54,092 nt of DNA from an uncultured Anaerolineaceae bacterium (lineage in GTDB: Bacteria; Chloroflexota; Anaerolineae; Anaerolineales; E44-bin32), in assembly GCA_964353875.1 (NCBI GenBank), contig CAYGXU010000009.1, positions 1-54,092 of the forward strand, written 5' to 3'. Position 1 is the stretch's first letter; each line of letters begins with the position of its first letter. Below, in pieces: positions 27,612 through 35,878 of the stretch. Made by a program: the position numbers and the translations under genes. The notes beneath the pieces were generated by a model. The model worked only from the letters and a program-made list of their open reading frames with translations. It made no database searches and was not told where the DNA came from.

Positions 27612-28447
27612 ATAACTCGACAATAATACATGAAATATCTTCTCGGAAGAATGATGAAATTCCATCGATTTCTCAGGAAGGGAACAATTCAAAGCCCAAA
27701 ATCATCATCGAATCTCTAAGCATAGCTTATTCGGACGGGACCGAATCGCTTAAAAACATCAACCTTAATATTCCTGAAAATGCAATTTCCGTCCTTTTCG
27801 GTCCTGCTGGCGGGGGAAAGTCTACGCTCCTGCGCACATTGAACCGACTCAATGATCTCGCTGATGTCCAACAACTGTCCGGACATGTCTGGATCGATGG
27901 GACTGACATCCTTGATCCAAATATCGATACCAACGCCCTAAGGAGAAAAGTGGGGATTGTTTTCGCCCAGCCCGTTGTCTTGCCCATGGCTATACGAGCG
28001 AACTTGATTTATGGGCTCGAATTGGCCGGAAATAAGAACCGCTCTAAGTTTGCGGAAGCTGTCGAGCGAAGCTTAAAGGCGGCTGCGTTGTGGGAAGAGG
28101 TCCATGACCGCCTGGATGATCCTGCAGTATCCCTCTCCGGAGGACAGCAACAACGACTCTGCCTGGCGCGTGTCCTGGCGCTGGAACCAGAAGTGATCTT
28201 GCTCGACGAACCCACTTCCGGACTCGATCCCATTTCGACGGGAAAGGTTGAAGCGACACTTAGAGAACTCTCGAAGAGTTACACGATTGTTCTCGTCCCA
28301 CACTCCATCCAGCAAGGGGCGCGCGTGTCCGACTACGCGGCTTTCTTCCTTAATGGTGAATTGATTGAATTCGCCCCTGGAAAGCAAATCTTCATGAATC
28401 CACGGGATAAACGTACAGAAGATTATGTTGAGGGTCGTTTTGGTTAA
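27605..28447 (+). CDS. pstB: Second PstB-type phosphate ABC ATP-binding protein (paralog with a ~30-aa N-terminal extension)
   Basis: [62 protein letters not shown]. Confidence 0.9.
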   Translation: MVNNSTIIHEISSRKNDEIPSISQEGNNSKPKIIIESLSIAYSDGTESLKNINLNIPENAISVLFGPAGGGKSTLLRTLNRLNDLADVQQLSGHVWIDGTDILDPNIDTNALRRKVGIVFAQPVVLPMAIRANLIYGLELAGNKNRSKFAEAVERSLKAAALWEEVHDRLDDPAVSLSGGQQQRLCLARVLALEPEVILLDEPTSGLDPISTGKVEATLRELSKSYTIVLVPHSIQQGARVSDYAAFFLNGELIEFAPGKQIFMNPRDKRTEDYVEGRFG

Positions 28448-28771
28448 CCGAGTTTTGATCCTACTCTCACTGCCTCCATTAAAATTGCCAGAAGTTAGAA
28501 GAAGGAACGAAACACCTATAAACTGAGGCTCCATCTCTTCATCTTCAATAAAGCAAAACAGTGCCATAGCGCCGGTTGAGTGAAGCCAATCAATCTGGCC
28601 TTTATTTAGAGAAGCGTTTAGATCACTCACAGAAATATAGATTATTAAGTAAGATGTAGATTTAGATCAATAAGAGGAAGAACTATTCCACGGGTAGACT
28701 GTGTTCTGCTGCTTGAATGGAATCCTTGACGCTCAGCGCTATTCTGCATAAACTATGTTTAACAGGCGCTC

Positions 28772-28815
28772 CCGCCGTTCTGTGGTTTTTTTTCTACAGG
28801 TCGGCGGTTTTTCTT
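28772..28815 (+). terminator. Strong intrinsic terminator hairpin in the pstB/tsaC convergent spacer
   Basis: CCGCCGUUCUGUGG-U8-CUACAGGUCGGCGG forms about 14 bp with one mismatch, followed by UUUUUCUUU. It lies about 330 nt after the pstB stop codon. Confidence 0.6.
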
Positions 28816-29023
28816 TAAGATTACAAGAATGTTTGATACCTATCGCTGCTCAATCTTCTTTGCATTCCTTACTCATGCTGCTGGAGTGAATCCTGGCCGA
28901 GAAGATCAGTCACTTGCAAGGCGGCTCTCGTTCCACTACTGAGCCGGTCGTGAGATAACCCCACCTCTTATGGATCATTCGTTTTTCCCCTCATGGAGAA
29001 GGGTCACTTTTCAGAAAAGGAAC

Positions 29024-29641
29024 TCAAGATAATACAGCCAGGATTTGATCTAATCCAATTGGACCTGCGCGTAGAAGGATGGGGGTTTCTGTAATGCAAT
29101 CAACCACAGTTGAGGGTATTTGGCCAGGAGTGAGGCCTCCATCGATCACCAATTCGATTTTTCCCCCCAGCTGCTGAAGTACTTCATCAGCGTTGCGAGA
29201 ATTGGGATGATCTGAACGGTTGGCGGATGTAACCGCCATAGGACCTGTGCGTGAAAGGAGTTCGCAAGCAAAGGTATGAGCAGGAATCCTTACACCAACT
29301 GTTCCCGAACTGCTGATCTCAGCGGGTAAATCGGGATGGCTTTCTACAACGATCGTCAAAGGACCCGGCCAGAATTGATCTGCCAGGATCTGTGCTGCCT
29401 TCTTTAGCCTAACCGTAATGCGACTTAGCTGGTTCTGACTTGAAATTAGGACCGGCAACGGTCGTTCCCGATCTCGCTGCTTTACGCTATAGAGGCGCTC
29501 GATAGAAGCGCGATTGAAAGCCAGGGCACCGAGCCCATAAACCGTATCGGTAGGGAAGGCAACCAATCCTCCAGAATGCAAAACTTGCATCGCGCGATCA
29601 AAGCAATCCCCATGGTCGGTTGACAATACTTCGGTTTTCAT
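29024..29641 (-). CDS. tsaC: L-threonylcarbamoyladenylate synthase (Sua5/YrdC/YwlC family)
   Basis: VAFPTDTVYGLGA, LTIV, VRIPAH and TSANRS motifs, 205 aa. Confidence 0.85.
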   Translation of the reverse strand: MKTEVLSTDHGDCFDRAMQVLHSGGLVAFPTDTVYGLGALAFNRASIERLYSVKQRDRERPLPVLISSQNQLSRITVRLKKAAQILADQFWPGPLTIVVESHPDLPAEISSSGTVGVRIPAHTFACELLSRTGPMAVTSANRSDHPNSRNADEVLQQLGGKIELVIDGGLTPGQIPSTVVDCITETPILLRAGPIGLDQILAVLS

Positions 29642-29651
29642 CCACCCTTCC

Positions 29652-30500
29652 TTACAGGTCGATCACTAGCACGCGCTCCCATCCCGCCAGATCGTAAAGA
29701 AGTTGCAGCTTTGCGCTAGGAAATGCTCGTTGTGCAAGCTCACATGCGCGCTGTCCTTGTGAAGCTTCGAGTTCAATTAAAACCCGCCCGCCTGGATTCA
29801 CTTTTCCTGGCAGGTCTGTAAGCATTTCGCTGATCAAATCCAAACCGTCCTCCCCACCATCGAGCGCCAACCAGGGTTCTCTCTTGCTGACTGCTAATCG
29901 CGCCAATTTCGTTCTGGGGATATAAGGCAAGTTGGCGCACACCAAATCAAATCCCTTCTTCAGAGCGGCGATTAGATCGGCCTGAATCAAAAAGAGACGC
30001 CCGGCTACATGATGGTCCTCCGCATTCCTTCTTGCGATATCCAAAACCTGGAGGGAGAGATCAGTCGCTATAACCTGTAAATCTTGGACCTCCGCCAGCA
30101 AAGTTACAGCAATACAGCCCGATCCTGTCCCGACATCCAGCGCCCAGCCCTTCTCCGGATTCTCGAGCAAGAATTGGCGCGCGGCATCAATCAGGTGCTC
30201 TGTTTCAGGGCGTGGGATAAGAACATCTTCGCTGAGTTGAAAACGCCTTCCATAAAACTCCCACCACCCCAGGACATAGGGCAATGGTTCGCCAGATATA
30301 TACGTTTGGAACCTTTTACAATATTGGCCTGTCTGAGTTTCATTTAATTGAAATTCGGGATGAGCCAATACCCAAGTTCGGTCTTTCTGAAGAATATCCG
30401 CCAGGAGCAACTGCAAGTCTGATGCTGGGGACTCATGGATATCGGCTGACGCCCGGCGCCCCTCTTCTAAGGCTTTACGGATAGTCAATGAAGATTTCAA
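29652..30500 (-). CDS. prmC: Peptide chain release factor N5-glutamine methyltransferase
   Basis: LDVGTGSGCIA SAM motif and NLPYI (NPPY-type) motif. It lies downstream of prfA with a 4-nt overlap. Confidence 0.9.
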   Translation of the reverse strand: MKSSLTIRKALEEGRRASADIHESPASDLQLLLADILQKDRTWVLAHPEFQLNETQTGQYCKRFQTYISGEPLPYVLGWWEFYGRRFQLSEDVLIPRPETEHLIDAARQFLLENPEKGWALDVGTGSGCIAVTLLAEVQDLQVIATDLSLQVLDIARRNAEDHHVAGRLFLIQADLIAALKKGFDLVCANLPYIPRTKLARLAVSKREPWLALDGGEDGLDLISEMLTDLPGKVNPGGRVLIELEASQGQRACELAQRAFPSAKLQLLYDLAGWERVLVIDL

Positions 30501-31579
30501 GCTTCCTCGCCTATCGCCTGAAGGCGCTCCGCTTCATCGCGAGTCGCGAGTTCATCAATAAAGGTATCCAAATCACCATCAAGAATCGTGGGGAGATTAT
30601 AGGCGGAAAGCCCAATGCGATGATCTGTCACGCGCGATTGCGGGAAGTTGTAGGTCCTGATTTTTTCAGAACGCTCTCCAGTCCCAACTTGTGCGCGTCG
30701 GGTCGCATCCACTTCCTCTTGCTGTTCGCGTAAGGCGATCTCATAGAGTCGAGCTCGAAGGATGTGCATCGCTCGAAGGCGATTCTGCAATTGCGATCGT
30801 TCATCTTGACATTGCACAACCATTCCTGTCGGCAGATGCGTTAGACGGACCGCGGTGGCATTCTTCTGGACGTTTTGCCCTCCAGCACCCGTCGATCGGT
30901 AGACATCCATGTGAATGTCTTTCTCAGGAATTGCTATCTCCACCTCATCTACTTCAGCCAAAACTGCAACTGTGGCCGTCGATGTATGGATCCGACCTTG
31001 CGCCTCGGTAACAGGCACACGCTGCACACGGTGGACACCCGATTCATATTTGAGACGTGAATAGGCCCCTCGCCCCCTAACTTCAAATATGATCTCTTTA
31101 AATCCCCCCACGCCTGTGTCATGTTGAGAGAGGATTTCAGTCCCCCAGCCACGACTCTCTGCATGACGGCTATACATACGGAATAGGTCAGCCGCGAACA
31201 ATCCCGCCTCATCACCACCTGTTCCCGCTCGAATCTCCATGATCACATTGCGTGCATCACGGGGATCACGCGGCAGGAGCAGCTTGCGCAATTGTTCTTC
31301 TAGAGCCTCAAGCTTCGGACCAATCTGTGCAACCTCAGACTCTGCTAGAAGTTGCATCTCCTCATCATCCGCCTCGAGCAGGGCATGTGCACCTTCGAAG
31401 TCTTTGGAGAGTGCTTTATACTCTCGGAAAGTATTGACAATAGGCTCGAGAGTAGCTCGCTCCCTCGCCAACTCGGCGACCAGCTGATAATCCCCGGCCG
31501 CATGTGCCATTTGCTCTTCGAGGATCTGGAAATGGGTTTCGATCCCAGATATTTTTTCTAAGAATTCCATCATACACAC
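30497..31579 (-). CDS. prfA: Peptide chain release factor 1
   Basis: GGQ motif (GAGGQNVQKNATAVRLTHLPTG) and an RF1-type P-x-T tripeptide (PVT). Confidence 0.95.
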   Translation of the reverse strand: MCMMEFLEKISGIETHFQILEEQMAHAAGDYQLVAELARERATLEPIVNTFREYKALSKDFEGAHALLEADDEEMQLLAESEVAQIGPKLEALEEQLRKLLLPRDPRDARNVIMEIRAGTGGDEAGLFAADLFRMYSRHAESRGWGTEILSQHDTGVGGFKEIIFEVRGRGAYSRLKYESGVHRVQRVPVTEAQGRIHTSTATVAVLAEVDEVEIAIPEKDIHMDVYRSTGAGGQNVQKNATAVRLTHLPTGMVVQCQDERSQLQNRLRAMHILRARLYEIALREQQEEVDATRRAQVGTGERSEKIRTYNFPQSRVTDHRIGLSAYNLPTILDGDLDTFIDELATRDEAERLQAIGEEA

Positions 31580-32031
31580 AATAAACTCCCACGTAATTTG
31601 TGGGAGGGTTGATTTATTATACCATGCGCGTAATTTACCTTACCACATACAGATTGGGTGCATTTCCATGAAAGGGGGCGAAACTCCCTTAAGTTCCTGC
31701 GGATATTGGCTTATCACTCATAAACCCATTACATCACAGCAACCTTCAAAGCTTTTCCCAAAGCTGCAGTCAACAATATCCTCTGTTTTCTCTATTAAAA
31801 ATCGCATTCGGGTCTGAGGGCGAGGCTTCTCCAGATTCTCATCCTGACAAGGCTTTCTTGAGCCACGTCTGCCCTCCTCAAGGCTCGGAGCATGTGTGGG
31901 GATTTCAAATAGCTTGCTGGAATATTATTAATAGATATGCTATGAGAATGGATCAGTTTTTTGCCGGGGAACCTATGATGGACTTTAAACGTCTACTTAA
32001 GTAGATATATTACCAAGGATGGAGGTACGCC

Positions 32032-34374
32032 ATGAAACGAGTAAAAATCATCATCCTGAGTTTGCTACTTCTTCCCGCCCTTCTCTTCTCGACCACACCC
32101 GCCCGGGCGGATGGAATCATCATCCCTGAACCACCCATCTGTGACCCGGGACCTTGCCCAAGACCCATCCCCATAGCCCAGTTGGCGATCAAATATCACC
32201 GTGTTCAAGTTACTATCGAAGATCAAGTGGCGACGACCCATGTCGATCAGGTCTTCCGCAACGATAACGATTGGCAAATCGAGGGTACCTATATCTTCCC
32301 TATCCCTACTGGGGCGAGCATCAGCCAATTCACCATGTGGGTGGATGGCGAGGCGGTTGAAGGGAAAATCCTTACCAAGGAAGAAGCGCGTAGGACCTAT
32401 GAAGACATTGTTCGCAACTTGCGAGATCCCGCCTTGCTCGAATACATCGATCGAGGCGCAGTCCAGGCCTCTATCTTCCCCATCCCCCCCGGTGGCGAAC
32501 GACGGATCGAACTGGAATATAGCGAGGTGCTCATAGCCGATCAAGGATTGATCCACTATCGCTATCCGCTGAACACAGAGAAATTTTCAACATTACCCTT
32601 AGAGGAGGTGGCCGTATCCATCCGAGTAGAATCATCCGTCCCGGTTCGGGCGGTCTATTCCCCCTCGCATGAAGTATCGATCGAACGCGATAGCGAGTAT
32701 CAGTTTGTAGTCGGTTATGAAAAATACGATGTCACGCCCGACAAAGACTTTGATCTCTTCTACTCGGTTGCCGAGGAGGATTTCGGCTTGAACTTGATTT
32801 CTTTCCGAGATTCCCAAAGCGAAGATGAGGATGGTTTCTTCCTGCTGATCGCCGCTCCCAGTGTCAAGATCGATCCAGACAAGGCCATCGTCAAAGATGT
32901 GATCCTTGTCCTCGATCGGTCCGGTAGCATGGAAGGGGAGAAGTTCCAACAGGCACAAGAAGCGCTTCACTTTGTCTTAGATCATATCAATCCTGAAGAT
33001 CGTTTCAACATCATCGCATTCAGCACGGGACTCCAATCCTACGCCACCTCCCTTCGACCCAACTCCGAGGTGGATGAAGCCAAGCGTTGGGTGGACTCGC
33101 TCTCCGCCAACGGTTCGACCGATATCAACCGGGCTTTGTTAGAGGCGCTTGCCCTGATAGGTCGACAACGCCCGACCATGCTGATCTTCCTTACCGATGG
33201 CCTGCCTACGGAAGGCGTCACAGATACGCAACAAATCATCGCCAATATTGCTGACAATGCCCCTGAAAATGTGCGCCTTTTCGCCTTTGGCGTTGGTTAC
33301 GATGTCGACACATTCTTGTTGGATACGCTCACCCAGGAGAACCATGGGACGACCACCTACGTGACGCCCGACCAGGCCATCGATGAAACCGTTTCCGGTT
33401 TCTACGCCAAAATCAACGACCCGGTCCTCACCGATGTGGAGCTTAATTTTGGCGATATCGTGGTCTATGACCTCTACCCTGAACCATTGCCGGATTTATT
33501 CGCCGGAACCCAACTGATCGCGGTTGGGCGCTACAAGGCTTCTGGAACCGAGACTGTACAGCTATCCGGCGAGGTGAACGATGAGGCAGTTTCTTTCGAC
33601 TACATGGAGCAACGATTCCGATCGGCTGGTGGACCGGACTTTCTGCCACGCTTATGGGCAACCCGCAAGATCGGCGCTTTGCTTAATCAAATTCGATTGA
33701 AGGGTGCAGAAGAAGAACTGGTTGACCAAATAGTGCAACTCAGCATTCGCTATGGGATCATCACTCCCTATACTTCTTTCCTGGTAACTGAGCCGGCTGT
33801 CCTGGGCGCCGAGGCGCAAGACGCGATCTCCTCCGACGCTTATGAGAATTATTTGGCAGCTCCATCCGCCGTTGCAGGGGAAGCGGCGGTGGAAAGAGCG
33901 GCTGAATGGGGCAAGATCATGGGCGCCGATGTGCCTAGTGGTCCCGGAGCAGATGTGGCTGACCTGGTTCGCATCGCGGGAGCGAATACCTTCCGCTATG
34001 TCGACGGCATCTGGATCGATACGCGCTTTGACCCCGATAAGATGGAGACCCAAAAGGTGCCCTTTCTTTCGGAGGATTACTTCGAGCTTGCCAGCGCCAG
34101 TGTTGATATCGCCGCTGCTTTCGCTCTGGGCGAGCGCGTGATCATTATCGTGGGCGAGGACGCCTACGAAGTTGTCGGGGTCGAGGACGAGGGCGATGAG
34201 ATCTCCATCCCACCCGCGTCAACGGAGGATGCTTCTCAGGAAACAACTGAAATTGACGAGCCTATTCAAGACAATCCAACCAAACCGAAGGGTACATTGC
34301 CGTTATGCTCGAGTGCTCTCATCGCACTTGGGTTGATGATTCTTCCGATTAGCTTACGTACGCGGCGATCATAG
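32032..34374 (+). CDS. Secreted VIT + von Willebrand factor A domain protein with a C-terminal hydrophobic anchor
   Basis: Signal peptide (…TPARA/DG), an N-terminal VIT-like region, a vWA MIDAS motif (VLDRSGSMEG), and a C-terminal ALIALGLMILPISL segment followed by RTRRS. There is a GGAGG Shine-Dalgarno sequence 7 nt upstream. Confidence 0.85.
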   Translation: MKRVKIIILSLLLLPALLFSTTPARADGIIIPEPPICDPGPCPRPIPIAQLAIKYHRVQVTIEDQVATTHVDQVFRNDNDWQIEGTYIFPIPTGASISQFTMWVDGEAVEGKILTKEEARRTYEDIVRNLRDPALLEYIDRGAVQASIFPIPPGGERRIELEYSEVLIADQGLIHYRYPLNTEKFSTLPLEEVAVSIRVESSVPVRAVYSPSHEVSIERDSEYQFVVGYEKYDVTPDKDFDLFYSVAEEDFGLNLISFRDSQSEDEDGFFLLIAAPSVKIDPDKAIVKDVILVLDRSGSMEGEKFQQAQEALHFVLDHINPEDRFNIIAFSTGLQSYATSLRPNSEVDEAKRWVDSLSANGSTDINRALLEALALIGRQRPTMLIFLTDGLPTEGVTDTQQIIANIADNAPENVRLFAFGVGYDVDTFLLDTLTQENHGTTTYVTPDQAIDETVSGFYAKINDPVLTDVELNFGDIVVYDLYPEPLPDLFAGTQLIAVGRYKASGTETVQLSGEVNDEAVSFDYMEQRFRSAGGPDFLPRLWATRKIGALLNQIRLKGAEEELVDQIVQLSIRYGIITPYTSFLVTEPAVLGAEAQDAISSDAYENYLAAPSAVAGEAAVERAAEWGKIMGADVPSGPGADVADLVRIAGANTFRYVDGIWIDTRFDPDKMETQKVPFLSEDYFELASASVDIAAAFALGERVIIIVGEDAYEVVGVEDEGDEISIPPASTEDASQETTEIDEPIQDNPTKPKGTLPLCSSALIALGLMILPISLRTRRS

Positions 34375-34390
34375 AGGCGTATTGAAATAC

Positions 34391-34528
34391 GGAGGGCGGG
34401 TTTCCATACACGCCGCCACATCCCATCCGTGGCACCGGTTTCTACTCCCGCCGTTACATCTTGCGGGCTTTCAAGCTTGCCCCTACATTTCCGCCGATCC
34501 CCGTAGGGTGGGTTTCTATACCCGCCCG
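34391..34528. repeat. Cluster of four degenerate REP-like GC-rich palindromic units (GGGYGGGTTTCYAyACCCGCCC type)
   Basis: Units lie at about 34391-34417, 34431-34453, 34460-34486 and 34501-34528. The last one folds as GGGTGGGT-ttcta-TACCCGCCC. Confidence 0.6.
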
Positions 34529-34554
34529 TTCATCTCAATTTAGAGATTTCGTCC

Positions 34555-34585
34555 CCGAAAACAAGGCGAGATCAGAATCTCGCCC
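34555..34585 (-). terminator. Intrinsic terminator for the 34695..35732 gene
   Basis: Minus strand: GGCGAGAU-ucug-AUCUCGCC followed by UUGUUUUC. Confidence 0.6.
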
Positions 34586-34694
34586 TATATCATGCGCAAA
34601 ATGAAGTTGGGATCTTCATAACTATCCGTTCATGCACATTGATTTACCCCATTCCTGGTTTCTTATGGCCCCATGAAGGAATATCAAGATTCTA

Positions 34695-35732
34695 TTAATT
34701 CCCCCCCTGACAGCCCGTGTTTACGAATTCACCTGTGAAATCAGAAAACTTCGCTGCATTATCCCGTACTATGACTTTGATCTTGATTTGCGAATCGGGC
34801 TGCACGCCAGGAATTGTCGTTGCCCCTCGATATGTGCCATTCCAGGTACCATAAGGGGTGTAGCTTTGACTAACGGCATCCAGACCCTTGCCACAGATAT
34901 CCGATTCTGAGGGCAGGATACTACACCAGAGACTGACATATCCACCACCATCCCCCAGTCCGGATGAAGGCCCAATTCCGTAAGAGACTGCCTGATCCTT
35001 TACATTGGCAATCTGGACATCAATATGGCAATTTTCGCCATCTCGGTTGAGGACGACGACAAGCTGAAGCAATTCTGGCTTCTGGCTATCCGCTGGTGTC
35101 GGCGTTGGAGTAATGGTCGGCGTGTTTGTAATTGTTGGCGTAGGCGTTATTGAAGGCGTCGGCGTATTCGACGGTGTGGGTGTGTTCGACGCTGTGGGTG
35201 TATTCGACGGTGTGGGCGTGTCCGATGGTGTGGGGGTAATCGACGGCGGTAATGTCGGAGGTGGGCGGCGGGTGCGAGTGGGTGTTGGCGGGATGGGCGT
35301 TCGGCTGGGTGTGGGCGTCTTTGATGGCGTTGAAGTATTGGTTGCCGTCCTGGTGAGCGAAGGCGACGGGGTCACCGTGGCGGTCAGGGTCGCCGTCGCA
35401 CTGGGCGTGATGGTCGGCGTATCCGTCGGAACCAATACCGTCACGGTTGGAGAGGGCTCTTTCTCCTCAGCTAATTCGTCCCCATCAACTTTGATTGATT
35501 GGTCGCGCAGGAGCTCTTCAATAATCGATAGCCTCAGAGCGCCTAACGAACCCAGCAGGTCCTCCGCGCCGTAATCTGCGCCCAGACGGGATTGCAGGCT
35601 GACCGATAAAGGTAATAAACGCGGCCAATTCAGGACCATGCTTGTGATGGCAGCAATTAATAGAATCGTCAACAAAAAGATCAGCAGAGCTTCTAACGGA
35701 AACTGATCCCTGCGGGAGGTTTCATCTTCCAT
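34695..35732 (-). CDS. Membrane-anchored surface protein with a Thr/Pro-rich linker and a Cys-containing C-terminal domain (paralog A)
   Basis: N-terminal TM (LEALLIFLLTILLIAAI), the juxtamembrane motif ADYGAEDLLGSLGALRLSIIEELL, about 130 aa of TP/SP repeats, and a ~120-aa C-terminal domain shared with 35879..37105. Confidence 0.7.
   Translation of the reverse strand: MEDETSRRDQFPLEALLIFLLTILLIAAITSMVLNWPRLLPLSVSLQSRLGADYGAEDLLGSLGALRLSIIEELLRDQSIKVDGDELAEEKEPSPTVTVLVPTDTPTITPSATATLTATVTPSPSLTRTATNTSTPSKTPTPSRTPIPPTPTRTRRPPPTLPPSITPTPSDTPTPSNTPTASNTPTPSNTPTPSITPTPTITNTPTITPTPTPADSQKPELLQLVVVLNRDGENCHIDVQIANVKDQAVSYGIGPSSGLGDGGGYVSLWCSILPSESDICGKGLDAVSQSYTPYGTWNGTYRGATTIPGVQPDSQIKIKVIVRDNAAKFSDFTGEFVNTGCQGGN
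35155..35244. repeat. Five tandem 18-bp repeats encoding S-(N/D/I)-T-P-T-(P/A) hexapeptides
   Basis: Units start at 35155, 35173, 35191, 35209 and 35227 (GGTGTGGGTGTRTTCGAC-like). They lie inside the linker of 34695..35732. Confidence 0.85.
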
Positions 35733-35878
35733 AATCCCGGCCCCCCTTTCATTGATTTACTTACCGCTTGGATGAATGGCTAGATCATAACAAGTATAAC
35801 CCCAAATTGGAGGAGTCGAGGCATTGAAATTGAGAAACGGGGTGGTGGGTTTATTCCATGATGGAAGAATAGGAACAA

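Noticed and set aside
28073-28630. 185-aa minus-strand ORF
   Set aside because: It is mostly antisense to the well-supported second pstB gene, has no recognisable motifs and an odd composition. It is likely a shadow ORF.
34391-34528. CRISPR array
   Set aside because: The repeats are degenerate, individually palindromic and irregularly spaced, without unique spacers of constant length. No cas genes are in the window.
35113-35574. 153-aa Gly/Val-rich plus-strand ORF
   Set aside because: It is the antisense reading of the Thr/Pro repeat region of 34695..35732. It is an artefact of low-complexity repeats.
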